Both the position numbers and the translations under genes were made by a program. Positions 18,834 through 28,446 of a stretch of 64,000 nucleotides of DNA are shown piece after piece. Numbering within the stretch: the first letter of the stretch is position 1; each line of letters opens with the position of its first letter. The notes below the pieces were generated by a model. The model was not told where the DNA came from, did no database searches, and worked only from the letters and a program-made list of their open reading frames with translations. The stretch is taken from IMG/VR virus record IMGVR_UViG_3300036760_000522, positions 237,551 to 301,550 of that record; one strand, written 5' to 3'.

Positions 18834-19762
18834 GAAAATACAGTTGCCAATGCGGCCTTGAGATGAAACGCCAAGTTAATACGAGCCGCCGAGTGATTCG
18901 ACCTCACCTGACGAAGCTCGAACCAGATGGTTTCAGATTTCGATCCAAGTGTGTTGGACAACTCGGACAACAAGGAAGCCAGATCAACATTGATCACTTT
19001 CGCAGGTGCGTGTGGCACGATCAAAAGATCTTGCACCAAAAGCTCAAGAAATCTCAGACCCAAAATCAAGTCATCACCTAACTCATCAACAATCGAAAAC
19101 AATGCGGACAAGTCGCGACGAATCCCGGCACGCAAGATCTCGACGACACGGTCACGAAGGTTCAAGCGATTGGAGCTAGCAAGCTGCACAGCTCGGCCCA
19201 CTGAGCCTTCCGCTAAGCGTGCGTACAAAAGAGCTTTGTGATCCTCATCAACGAATGATCTCAAGACACCGATTAGAAGGGCGTCGCTCAAACGATTGTA
19301 CCGAACAAGCCCACAACGAGAACGCACGGTCGGAAGGACCTGTTTCACCGAATTTGCCAGAAGGAAAAAGCGCGTTGTTCTAGACGCGCTTTCCAACGTC
19401 TTGAGAAACGCGTTGGCTGCTGCGATCGTCAGCCTGTCAGCACCGTCGACCACGACATAACGCAGTGGGGCTAGCAACGGATAGTTGCAAACAACTGATG
19501 TAGTGTCACGCACAGCTTCAACGCCGATCTCTTGATCAGCTTCTGCACTGACTACGACGAAATCTGGATGCGCGTTGCGTGCAAGCTGTCGTCGCTGCGC
19601 GGCATCATCCCCGACAGAATCTAGGAAGGCTTCAGTAACCGACAGCCTCTTGCCAACGCCGTCATCGCCCACCAACAGAAGTGGCGAAACCCAACGACCG
19701 GCTACAACACAACGCAGAAACCGAACTGCGCTATCCTGTTCGAGTACCGAGTTCAGGGACAT
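18830..19762 (-). CDS. holB: DNA polymerase III delta-prime subunit-like clamp-loader protein
   Basis: LLLVGDDGVGK, HPDF, IGVEAVR, AANAFLKTLE, LPTVRSRC (SRC motif), AEGSVGRA. Confidence 0.85.
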   Translation of the reverse strand: MSLNSVLEQDSAVRFLRCVVAGRWVSPLLLVGDDGVGKRLSVTEAFLDSVGDDAAQRRQLARNAHPDFVVVSAEADQEIGVEAVRDTTSVVCNYPLLAPLRYVVVDGADRLTIAAANAFLKTLESASRTTRFFLLANSVKQVLPTVRSRCGLVRYNRLSDALLIGVLRSFVDEDHKALLYARLAEGSVGRAVQLASSNRLNLRDRVVEILRAGIRRDLSALFSIVDELGDDLILGLRFLELLVQDLLIVPHAPAKVINVDLASLLSELSNTLGSKSETIWFELRQVRSNHSAARINLAFHLKAALATVFS

Positions 19763-19931
19763 GTGACGTGTTACCTAAAACTCGAGTGTCATCGGAGTCG
19801 ACTGGAATCATCTGCAACACCACGAAGTAGTTCTGGCCACACCCGCGGCAGATAAATCGATAGGGCTCACGACCCGACCGATCCAGGTCACGACAACGAC
19901 ACTTCAAACACATCAATTGTTGGTCGGACAT
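19731..19931 (-). CDS. Small zinc-finger protein
   Basis: ATG at 19931 with GAAGAGG upstream; CLKC..CRGC. Confidence 0.5.
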   Translation of the reverse strand: MSDQQLMCLKCRCRDLDRSGREPYRFICRGCGQNYFVVLQMIPVDSDDTRVLGNTSHVPELGTRTG

Positions 19932-19936
19932 CCTCT

Positions 19937-20194
19937 TCAAATATTCAGCTGGCCACCGACAGCGAGTCCCCAGGTGTGTCCACACTTCACACACCGGTAC
20001 ATGCGCCGGCCTACGTACTCAGGAGCTGCAACCTTGATTTCCACAGCTGCCTGTGAATCACACCCACCGCGCGGGCACTTCACAGAAATGGTTTCCGGTT
20101 CTTGGTTTTCAGACACAATACCAGGGGTAGTACCAGCAGGATCAATAGGCATGGGAGTCCTCACGATGTTTGGGGGTATGTTTCGGGCCTTCAA
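19937..20194 (-). CDS. Zinc-ribbon protein (TFIIS/RPB9 C-domain-like spacing)
   Basis: CPRGGC..MYRCVKCGHTW. Confidence 0.55.
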   Translation of the reverse strand: MKARNIPPNIVRTPMPIDPAGTTPGIVSENQEPETISVKCPRGGCDSQAAVEIKVAAPEYVGRRMYRCVKCGHTWGLAVGGQLNI

Positions 20195-20571
20195 TTCCCA
20201 ATCGGTTCATTGAACAACCCCTGTAAGACACCAAGCACCCGCAAGTAGTACTGCCTGTCGACAACATCCAACAATGGCGGCTGGATTACAGCTTCCGGAT
20301 TGATCCGAATCACATCCGCCTGCGACTTGACTACCAGTTGGCTGAAAGAGTCGTCAACAAGGTAAGGCTCAATCTTGGCCCAGTCCTCAGCCAGAACTTG
20401 TATGTGTTGTCCACCAAACTCCAGGCGAACGTAACTCAAATTGCGAACATGCCCAGTCTTGACAGTGCCCTTCTTCAAAAAGACGGCCATCAAGCCGCGA
20501 GCCAACAGAGGCAGATCAGATTGCCGTAGCCGCACTGGGCGATCGACAATCTTGAAGAGCCGGTTGTCCAT
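20191..20571 (-). CDS. Hypothetical protein
   Basis: 126-aa ORF, translationally coupled to the next gene. Confidence 0.5.
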   Translation of the reverse strand: MDNRLFKIVDRPVRLRQSDLPLLARGLMAVFLKKGTVKTGHVRNLSYVRLEFGGQHIQVLAEDWAKIEPYLVDDSFSQLVVKSQADVIRINPEAVIQPPLLDVVDRQYYLRVLGVLQGLFNEPIGN

Positions 20572-20577
20572 TGGGTC

Positions 20578-22194
20578 TCACGCCGACGGTGTCGCAGCTG
20601 GCTTAGCGACACGCTTTCGAACAAGGACTTCCGACATCAAACAAGTCGTCGCCACTGAAACTGCGTTCGTCAACGCAGCCCTAACGACTTGTGCAGGGTC
20701 CACAATACCTGCTTCCCAAAAGTCCTTCAACACACCGTCCGTAACGTCCAAGCCGAGAGGATCTGCACTGTCTCGGACTAGAGCAACCGCAACAGAGCCT
20801 GAACCACCAGCGTTCTCGTTGAGTTTGCGTAGAGGAGCTTCACATGCACGTAGGACCAAACGATAACCCAACAGCTGTTCCTCGGTCAGATTCTTATCCG
20901 TCGCATCACACGTCGATGCGGCACGGAGTAATGCGACTCCCCCGCCCAAAACCACACCACCATCAATCGCTGCTCGAACCGCCGAAAGCGCGTCCTCCAT
21001 TCGAGCCTTTCGCTCCTTCATCTCGTACTCGGTAAAGGCCCCCACTTTGATGATGCAAACACCTCCTTGCAAACGACCTACACGTTCGCGCAAACGATCA
21101 GCGTCATACTCCGAGCCGCAACGATCCGCCTCTGAAAGCAACGTCGCGATTCGACTGTCGATCACTTCGGGCTTGCCCTCACCACACAAGATAGTGGTCG
21201 CCTTCGAAGTCACAGTCACACGACTAGCAGATCCGACGTATTGTAAAGGGTCCTTCTCGAAACAGGAGAATGTCATTCCTTGTTGTTTAGAAATGAAAGT
21301 TGCGCCAGTCATGATGGCAAGGTCCTCGAGAGCATCGGATTGAAATATGCCGTGGCTCGGAGCCTTGACCAAGACTGCCTTAAGCTGTCCTGCCTTGAAG
21401 TTCTGCAAGAACAACGGCAGCGCCTCACCTGTGAAATCAGGTGCAAAAACCACCAGTGCACGGTTCTCAGTGATGACTGCATTCAAAAGCGGCAGCAACG
21501 GAAGACAAGCTGAGACACCCCAGTCCGTCACCAAGATGTACGGGTTGTCGTAAACAATATCCGCACCGTCTACAGCGAACTCCGGGTGTGCCCAACCACG
21601 ATCGATTTGAGTACCGTCAACAGTGACAAGTTCAGTCTTAGTCCCTCGCCCCTCTTCGACGTTGACGATTCCGTTCTGTCCAACTTTCACAACGGCTTCG
21701 GCCACCATGTGACCGAGATCGCGATCGCCGTTTGCACACACCGTTGCAATTTTTTCAATGTCTTCTTGATCCGCAACAGATCGTGTTCGCTCTGCAAGTG
21801 ACCAAAGAATCGCTTCCAACGCACAATCCATTCCACGCTTCAGGGACACAGGCGCGGCCCCAGCAACCACCAACGACGCACCGCGTTTACACAAATACTG
21901 GGCCAAGACAATGGAAGTAGTTGTCCCATCCCCGACATCGTCACTGGTTTGTGACGCGACATCCACGAGAAGCCGAGCGCCCATCTCCTCCCACGGATCA
22001 GGTAACGAGATCTCTTTAGCAACCGACACTCCGTCCTTCGTTACCAAAGGTAGGCCGAACGTCTTCTGGAGACAGACCGTTCTACCCCTAGGACCAAGCG
22101 TTACCGCGACAGCTCTCGCCAGCTGGTCAATCCCACTCAACAACTTCGAGCGCGCGTCTGAACCAAAACGAATCGACATCAGGTCACAGAACAC
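20578..22194 (-). CDS. groEL: GroEL-like chaperonin (start probably ATG at 22179)
   Basis: VTLGPRGR, TKDGVSVAKEI, GDGTTT, IATVCANGD, RERVGRLQGGV, EDALSAVRAA, GIVDPAQV. No GGM tail. Confidence 0.95.
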   Translation of the reverse strand: MFCDLMSIRFGSDARSKLLSGIDQLARAVAVTLGPRGRTVCLQKTFGLPLVTKDGVSVAKEISLPDPWEEMGARLLVDVASQTSDDVGDGTTTSIVLAQYLCKRGASLVVAGAAPVSLKRGMDCALEAILWSLAERTRSVADQEDIEKIATVCANGDRDLGHMVAEAVVKVGQNGIVNVEEGRGTKTELVTVDGTQIDRGWAHPEFAVDGADIVYDNPYILVTDWGVSACLPLLPLLNAVITENRALVVFAPDFTGEALPLFLQNFKAGQLKAVLVKAPSHGIFQSDALEDLAIMTGATFISKQQGMTFSCFEKDPLQYVGSASRVTVTSKATTILCGEGKPEVIDSRIATLLSEADRCGSEYDADRLRERVGRLQGGVCIIKVGAFTEYEMKERKARMEDALSAVRAAIDGGVVLGGGVALLRAASTCDATDKNLTEEQLLGYRLVLRACEAPLRKLNENAGGSGSVAVALVRDSADPLGLDVTDGVLKDFWEAGIVDPAQVVRAALTNAVSVATTCLMSEVLVRKRVAKPAATPSA

Positions 22195-22201
22195 CGGAAC
22201 C

Positions 22202-22420
22202 CTACGTCGAGTCGACGACTTCCCCTTTTAACCACCGACCTGCCAAGGCCAGCTCCACACCATCGTACGACATTTGCACAAGCTGTTCAGGGGGTGGTTT
22301 CATTGTCACAACGTAGGCACGACCCAAGTAGTACTGGTGCGCAACCACATCCTTGAGATCGAGACCACGATAGTACATTGCTAGCTCAGTACCTCCCGAC
22401 AACAAGTAGGTGCGTACCAT
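22202..22420 (-). CDS. Hypothetical protein
   Basis: 72-aa ORF packed between co-oriented genes. Confidence 0.45.
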   Translation of the reverse strand: MVRTYLLSGGTELAMYYRGLDLKDVVAHQYYLGRAYVVTMKPPPEQLVQMSYDGVELALAGRWLKGEVVDST

Positions 22421-22421
22421 C

Positions 22422-23156
22422 TCAAGAAATAAGCGGCGTCACGCTCTCCGCTATGGACACACTATCTGAAGCTTGACGATCAAGTGGCAAAGAACCGATC
22501 ACCGAAGCACCACTTGGAAGAACCACATTGCTCGAAACTTGAACATTCAAGACTTGTCCGTTGTAATCCGAGTAGGGACCAAAACTGCGTCCACCTGAAA
22601 TCAAATTGGAAGCATTGAATGGCGTCCACAATGATTGAGGATCAGTAGTCCACACAGACATCGTGGAGGGGCCGACCAAAAAGCTTGCGAAGCGTGTTCC
22701 AGAAATAGCAGCAGCCGAGTTCCAAAACAATGTCGCAGACACAACCGCCCCCACTTCGAAGATCAAAGGCGCAACGACGTTAGCGACTTCGACACCCGCT
22801 GAATTTCGAATCCGAGCAAACGGTCGATTGTCCGTGGTGAGCCCGATACCCAAATAGTTGACCGGCGCAGAAGGCACGTCCGTCAAGAACGCAACAAAAC
22901 GTTGGACCCCTGGAGAACCCACTACGAAGTTCACCGAAAGGGTGCCACGTGATCCTGCGAAACGACCAAGCAGCGAAAATACGCCAGCACCCTCACGATT
23001 TTCAATCACACCAGGTAAAGCCCGAAACGCTTGATTTGATCCAACCCTAGAGCCAGCCCACGTTGGTGTCGACCAAGGGGTGCCAGGAGAAACCGGCGTT
23101 CCAAGGTCGAATTGTGCTGAGAGACCTGAAGCGTTTTGCAACTGGGACATCAACAA
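22422..23156 (-). CDS. Beta-rich protein, possibly virion-associated (LamG-like)
   Basis: S/T/G/V-rich alternating beta-strand pattern; function is inferred. Confidence 0.4.
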   Translation of the reverse strand: MLMSQLQNASGLSAQFDLGTPVSPGTPWSTPTWAGSRVGSNQAFRALPGVIENREGAGVFSLLGRFAGSRGTLSVNFVVGSPGVQRFVAFLTDVPSAPVNYLGIGLTTDNRPFARIRNSAGVEVANVVAPLIFEVGAVVSATLFWNSAAAISGTRFASFLVGPSTMSVWTTDPQSLWTPFNASNLISGGRSFGPYSDYNGQVLNVQVSSNVVLPSGASVIGSLPLDRQASDSVSIAESVTPLIS

Positions 23157-23174
23157 GCTATGTTCAAAAACAGA

Positions 23175-24464
23175 TCAACCGATGAGGCTAAGAAAATCAA
23201 CTTCTTGGGCTTTTGTCGCTTCAAGACGTTCACGAGTCAATCGCACTCGCCCACACGCTGTCATGTAGGAGTCCTTGTCGCGTTCAATTCCGAAGAATCG
23301 TACGTCTTCTTCCAAGGCCGCAACCAATGTCGTCCCCGATCCACAGTACGGGTCTAACGTCAAACCATGCTTCGGCGTCGACAACTTGACCAACCAACGG
23401 ATCAATTTGACAGGTTTTCGCGTCGGATGAAGGTTCTCAACCTGACCGTCAAGCGTTGCTTCACGATCAGACGCCTTGGGGACGTAACGCAATGGGGACT
23501 CGAACTGGTGATAGAACCTCGACACAGGTGCATCTCCGTAGGACAAGGTGCCTGTCTTCTCTTCCGTCGGTCGTTGCTCCTCCAAAGCTCGAACGGGACA
23601 ACCTTCAACACACTTCCAAACAATCAATGTCTCGGGTTGATCTGAAGCCATCTGATTACCGTAGGCTGACGAGAACGTGCCGCCCGACGTTTTTTGAAAA
23701 CGTGCAGCTCCTTGAGCATGAGGAGCGACTTCCGCCACTCCGGTCTGCTCACAACCAGGAGCATGTTCAAACAAACAGTTGGGTGGCCAACGCCCCTCTT
23801 CCTTGACATCATTGGCTCCTGACAAATCAGACGAATTCTTCCACGAGTTTCGACGTACTCCGCCACGTCGTTTGATCTCCTCAACCTGTTGGCGGTGCTC
23901 TTCAAAGTCCTTGCGATTCGCATGACGAACACGCGCAGCATCGATGTTGATCCCGCCCGTGCCGTACTCCGAAACGTTCTCGGCAAGTGTGCCGATGAGA
24001 GGCTTGCGACAAACCAGGATCGGTTCCCACACAGGCTTCAATCCTGTACCAAGACCAGGGTGGCCTGGCAGTGTTTTGCTTTTGGGCATTCCTTGACTCT
24101 GGATCCACACCAGCCCGCTAGAATGGTCGGCGATCGTGTCTCGAAATTGAAACCCTGCAAAGCGAGCTCCCATCGACAACAAGTCCCAAGTACGTGTTCC
24201 ACTAAAAAATAAAACGTGAGCGCCTGGCTTCACGACTCGAAAGATCTCGTGCCACGTAGGGATTGATGGGATATCCCATTTGCGACCTGCAAAGTCACCA
24301 GTCTTGAGATCCGCTCCTTTTAAGTAAGCAAGGATCTGTTCCGGACTCGGCTCCTTACCTAAGCCGTAAGGCGGATCGAAAACCGCCGAGTCGAAGGTGT
24401 TACTGGGGAGCTCCTTGAGAGTCGGCAGACATTCACCGAGTACAATTTGATTTTCGTAATCCAT
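23175..24464 (-). CDS. Orphan N4-C/N6-A DNA methyltransferase (beta class)
   Basis: FDPPYG near the N-terminus, GFQFRD, HPTRKP and LDPYCGSGTT near the C-terminus. Start reassigned to MDYENQ at 24464. Confidence 0.9.
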   Translation of the reverse strand: MDYENQIVLGECLPTLKELPSNTFDSAVFDPPYGLGKEPSPEQILAYLKGADLKTGDFAGRKWDIPSIPTWHEIFRVVKPGAHVLFFSGTRTWDLLSMGARFAGFQFRDTIADHSSGLVWIQSQGMPKSKTLPGHPGLGTGLKPVWEPILVCRKPLIGTLAENVSEYGTGGINIDAARVRHANRKDFEEHRQQVEEIKRRGGVRRNSWKNSSDLSGANDVKEEGRWPPNCLFEHAPGCEQTGVAEVAPHAQGAARFQKTSGGTFSSAYGNQMASDQPETLIVWKCVEGCPVRALEEQRPTEEKTGTLSYGDAPVSRFYHQFESPLRYVPKASDREATLDGQVENLHPTRKPVKLIRWLVKLSTPKHGLTLDPYCGSGTTLVAALEEDVRFFGIERDKDSYMTACGRVRLTRERLEATKAQEVDFLSLIG

Positions 24465-24486
24465 TGCTGTCTCATCAAAACTAGAA

Positions 24487-24738
24487 ATGCCACCCTCACA
24501 GTTCCCGCTCACACGCGAAGAGCAGTACTCATGGGACACCGCGTTTGCAATCGCGTTCGTAAAAGAGGTCTGCGCTGTCTCAAACGAAAACAGTCGAACG
24601 TTAGATGATGTGCTTGAAAGTCTCGACCAAGAAACACGACCTGAACTCACAGCCAGGGCGATCAAAATAGCGGATGCCTCAGTAAGACAATTACGAAACT
24701 GGCGGCTCCACAGTCCAAAGACAGGTGTTCTCGTCTAA
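24487..24738 (+). CDS. Hypothetical protein
   Basis: Divergent 83-aa ORF upstream of the metallopeptidase-like gene. Confidence 0.4.
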   Translation: MPPSQFPLTREEQYSWDTAFAIAFVKEVCAVSNENSRTLDDVLESLDQETRPELTARAIKIADASVRQLRNWRLHSPKTGVLV

Positions 24739-24765
24739 TTCACTTGTCGAATCCAAACTCTCGAG

Positions 24766-25317
24766 ATGAAGTTCGTCTGCCGCATCTACGGAAACGATTG
24801 GGACTCATTCGTCTCGACATGGGCCTCCACATGTTACGACTTCGTACGAGATGCCCTTGGACCTTATCAGAAGGAACCATTACCTGAGATCCTCGACCTA
24901 TCAGATGCACTGCACGCGAGCGGGGCCAATGCGTCGTTCCATCCTGTAACAGGGCAGATCTGTCTTTCACGATCCGTCACGGATCATTTACCTGGGATCA
25001 CACTCGAGAAGTTGACACACGAGTTGACACACGCAAGCCTCGCAGACTTCCCTGAAGGGGACATGTTCTACGAGGAAGGTTTTGTAGATTACATGGTTTG
25101 GGTGATGTCCCACGCACCGACCTGGGGAGAACACCAGATTGCGATGAGAGCCGCTGCGTCGTTCAACATCAAATGTCGGCAAGATCGAGCTAAGCACGAT
25201 CTCTCAGATTATGATCGCAAGCGTTGGGCCGGCGGAGTGTATTGCTCACACATGCACGGCCCTTGGATCATTGCTCGGATGCGTACCCGCAAAGCGGAAC
25301 ACAACTTCACCTGGTAA
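24766..25317 (+). CDS. HExxH zinc-metallopeptidase-like protein
   Basis: LTHELTHASL followed by FYEEGFVDYM (gluzincin-type third ligand). Confidence 0.6.
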   Translation: MKFVCRIYGNDWDSFVSTWASTCYDFVRDALGPYQKEPLPEILDLSDALHASGANASFHPVTGQICLSRSVTDHLPGITLEKLTHELTHASLADFPEGDMFYEEGFVDYMVWVMSHAPTWGEHQIAMRAAASFNIKCRQDRAKHDLSDYDRKRWAGGVYCSHMHGPWIIARMRTRKAEHNFTW

Positions 25318-25320
25318 CAG

Positions 25321-26034
25321 CTAGATGTGACGTTGAATCACTTTCTCGATCCGTGGTTGATGTTTTTTCAACCACTGGTGAGGATACGACCGGGCCATAC
25401 CCCACACCTCAGCGAGTTCCTGATCAGTCAGACCATCGAGCTTCGCAAGAAACCACTCTGGCGCACGTTTGTCGATCTTGGACAGGTCATCCAAAATCCC
25501 CTTGACGACATGTCGAGGAAGCAAATTGTCGAGAGCTTGAAAGGTTTCAACATTGTCGACGTCTAAGTCACCACCAATAGCTTCTCGCCGGCTTTCAATG
25601 CTGCGAAAAGCGTCCACTAGGAGATTGTGTGCGATCTTGAAAATGAAAGATTCTGCTTCACGTAGCTCGATGCCAGCTCTCGGCTGAACCCGACCACCCG
25701 ACAGTTTCAACAACAGCTGTGACACGACTTCTTGGACAAGTTCTGGATCCTTTGCCTTCATCAACAACATTTTGTAGAGTCGTTGACCGAAGCTACGTCC
25801 ATAGCCAGAGGGCAGCCGAGTGGGATCGACCTTGGTGCCAAGAGTTACGTTGGGCGGTGGATCCATCACGACGCCGCTATTCAAAAAGAGAGCGTACGTC
25901 GTTCGACCAATCGTGTCAGCCAGATCCGCAGCAAGGACCAGGAAGACCTGAGCGACTCGGTACCCCCACGGCAGTGCTCGGTAAAGCCTAACGCTTACGT
26001 GCGAAGCCCGAGCAACGAGTAGTCGAATCGTCAC
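25321..26034 (-). CDS. ECF-like sigma factor
   Basis: Sigma-2-like PELVQEVV..FIFKIAHNLLVDAFR and sigma-4-like DGLTDQELAEVWGM..IEKVI. Confidence 0.65.
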   Translation of the reverse strand: MTIRLLVARASHVSVRLYRALPWGYRVAQVFLVLAADLADTIGRTTYALFLNSGVVMDPPPNVTLGTKVDPTRLPSGYGRSFGQRLYKMLLMKAKDPELVQEVVSQLLLKLSGGRVQPRAGIELREAESFIFKIAHNLLVDAFRSIESRREAIGGDLDVDNVETFQALDNLLPRHVVKGILDDLSKIDKRAPEWFLAKLDGLTDQELAEVWGMARSYPHQWLKKHQPRIEKVIQRHI

Positions 26035-26036
26035 AA

Positions 26037-27263
26037 CTACCGGAAGGATACAACAAGATCCTCAAGTCGTTCGCATCCAACGCGGTTCCGGACCTCTTCG
26101 ATAGCAGAGAGGTAGACATCCGACGGAATGTCCTCTCTGTCCGCAAATTGTTGGTCCCACGACGAAGAGGAGTCTTCAAGGCGTGTTTCGTGTACCCCCT
26201 GATCTGTCAACACAACCAACGCATCCCCTGACAACGGTCGCTCTTTGTGACGGCGATCCCGTGTACGAAAAACGTTCTTCAGGTGATTTATCACAGCTCG
26301 TGACAGGTAGCTCTTGAAACCTTGAATGATCGTGTTGTCCTGCTTCGCCACCCAAAGAGGCGCTTTGGGATTGAAGTCTCGGACAAAATATGAAGACTTG
26401 GCAAGCGTCTCAATGTCGGCCACCAAGTAACGGGCTTTCAAAGAAAAGAGACGTCCCTCTACCGGACGCGGGATCCAATACGTTGAATCCCGTTTCGACT
26501 TCCAGAGAGCCTGACGCCACTGGACCCGAGTGATTGACAGCGCAGAAAGGATCTCGGCGACGCCAACCGTCCTGCTTGGCCTAACCTTGATAGCGTCGAC
26601 GTAGCGATCCAGGAATTTAGCACTCAAGAGGCGGCACCAGACGTCCTGCACAAATTCATTCAGTGCCTCTCCACACGCCCGAGTCATCTTGGCCACCAAC
26701 GACTTGACGAACCCTCCATACGACGAAACCACCTGAGTATTGTTCTTAGGAAGCCCGGAGGGCCACTTCCAGACCAGAAACAGTCTGATCCTCACGTGGC
26801 GGCAAAAAGCCTCGAGAACGGCTCCTGGTAAGATCCGTGCGTTCCTAGGAAGCCTTAAGAGGTGTATCCGACTTTCGATTCGAACGATGTCTGGTCCCCA
26901 ATAGACGGTTTGTCTCGAACAGAGCTTCACCCCCTCAACGAGATTGGGTTGGACCTCAACCCAATCAGGGTCCCGCAGAGTCATTTGAGTCAATCGAAAC
27001 CACTGGTGTGGCGACAGCCCCAGGTAGTTGATCGTTTCGGTGTGTGACATGGCACGTGGAAGGTGACGAGAAGAGTCGAAACGCTCCAAGGTCTGAAGCC
27101 GTTCAAGCTCGCTGATCAAGTAATCAAGCGAGCAACCTATCCTGCGTGCCTCTTCTTCTAACCAACCACCATGTAGAGCCTTCAGTTCCGAGTAGTTTTG
27201 TGGGATCCCAGCCAAACAGTTCATTCGAAAATTCCCTGAGAGCAAGAGCTCGGAGTTGTGCAA
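26037..27263 (-). CDS. Atypical sigma-2-domain-like protein
   Basis: EFVQDVWCRLL and FKSYLSRAVINHLKNVFR are separated by an insertion of about 90 aa; no clear sigma-4. Confidence 0.45.
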   Translation of the reverse strand: MHNSELLLSGNFRMNCLAGIPQNYSELKALHGGWLEEEARRIGCSLDYLISELERLQTLERFDSSRHLPRAMSHTETINYLGLSPHQWFRLTQMTLRDPDWVEVQPNLVEGVKLCSRQTVYWGPDIVRIESRIHLLRLPRNARILPGAVLEAFCRHVRIRLFLVWKWPSGLPKNNTQVVSSYGGFVKSLVAKMTRACGEALNEFVQDVWCRLLSAKFLDRYVDAIKVRPSRTVGVAEILSALSITRVQWRQALWKSKRDSTYWIPRPVEGRLFSLKARYLVADIETLAKSSYFVRDFNPKAPLWVAKQDNTIIQGFKSYLSRAVINHLKNVFRTRDRRHKERPLSGDALVVLTDQGVHETRLEDSSSSWDQQFADREDIPSDVYLSAIEEVRNRVGCERLEDLVVSFR

Positions 27264-27343
27264 CCCGACAGAGTTTCCGAGTTACAAGACAAGGACAGAC
27301 AACGTCAATCCAAAATCGAAGCACTACCTTATTTCATTAAACA

Positions 27344-27946
27344 GTGTTGACGAAAATCGGATCCAGAAGAACCATGACAATTGTCCACAGAGATCCCACA
27401 GAGGACTCTTCATCAACAGGTGAGAAAATGCCTACAAGCCCAAGTGAATCAAAGTTCGAGTTAGCTCAGCGAGAACTAGTTCAAGCAGCTCAGAACAAAC
27501 TCTTCACCACACAGGTGGACACACCTGTGTTCTCGATCCCCTCGACGCCTCACGATCAGAAGGTCTTCGGGCTGCTCGCCAAAGCTTGGATCCTTTGGGC
27601 AACAGGCTCTGACCCTCTTCCCACCATCGACAAAATAGGAAAACCCCACGAGGCGGGTAGAGCACTTCACCTCATGGCTCTCGATCATTGGAAACGAGCC
27701 ATTCAAGCCTTGGCTCGTTCATCTCTTCAGTTCCCGATCAACCAGGACGCTCTATCGTCCAATCAGGAAGCTTTCCTGTGCTTCCAGCGGGCTCTTCTGC
27801 TTAGTTCAAGCTATCAGCTACCTTCCACCAACAGCATCCATTGGTCGTTTGTTGCCTCCTTTCCTACACTTGCGATCAGCTACCTTACACACACTCTCTC
27901 TTCTTCACCACCCAAGTCTGTCTCTCCATCCATGAGAGGTCATTGA
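27344..27946 (+). CDS. Hypothetical helical protein
   Basis: 200-aa ORF divergent from the sigma-like genes. Confidence 0.45.
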   Translation: MLTKIGSRRTMTIVHRDPTEDSSSTGEKMPTSPSESKFELAQRELVQAAQNKLFTTQVDTPVFSIPSTPHDQKVFGLLAKAWILWATGSDPLPTIDKIGKPHEAGRALHLMALDHWKRAIQALARSSLQFPINQDALSSNQEAFLCFQRALLLSSSYQLPSTNSIHWSFVASFPTLAISYLTHTLSSSPPKSVSPSMRGH

Positions 27947-27996
27947 CTCTTTGTCCCCAACGGGCTCCGTCTTCATCACCGGCATCACTACTATGA

Positions 27997-28159
27997 GGAT
28001 TGCTAGTACGAGGATTGCGATTGCTACTACTTGCTGAGTTACGAGTTTCTGGATTTGAGCTTTCTGAATTTGAGCTTTCTGGATTATTGATTGTTGAAGC
28101 GTTAGTATGATTTGCAGCAGTATGATTTGAAGCAGTAGTTATTGAGTTAGTATGATTTG
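27997..28159. repeat. Short direct repeats in an AT-richer, strand-skewed tract
   Basis: AGTATGATTTG at 28104, 28119 and 28149; ATTTGAGCTTTCTG at 28053 and 28068; GAGGATTGC twice. They also read as an N/S/T-rich minus-strand ORF (27885-28244). Confidence 0.8.
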
Positions 28160-28207
28160 AGTTGCTACTATTTTCGGGGTACCGAACTTCGTGAGAGAAT
28201 ATCCGAA

Positions 28208-28446
28208 GATCGAAATGATCATGATCTGAGTGAGCATGGACCATGATCTAGGATCATGGAAGAATCCCTACAGGGATTCTGTTCATTTGATCTTGATGAT
28301 CTGTTGCTGAGAGATAGCAATAGATCATGCTCCACTACTTGAGTACTAGCTGTCAGTTGATCTCGTCCTTGTGAACAGCTTAGGTTGGGAGTCTGTGGGA
28401 TCGACACATTACCCAATCCACTCATGATCCATCGGATGGATGGATC
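28208..28446. other. GATC cluster, candidate replication-origin element
   Basis: 12 GATC sites counted (28208, 28217, 28223, 28245, 28252, 28289, 28298, 28323, 28359, 28399, 28426, 28443) and an inverted repeat GAATCCC-TACA-GGGATTC at 28262-28279. Confidence 0.45.

Noticed and set aside
19937-20194. Functional TFIIS cleavage factor
   Set aside because: The acidic DE hairpin is absent.
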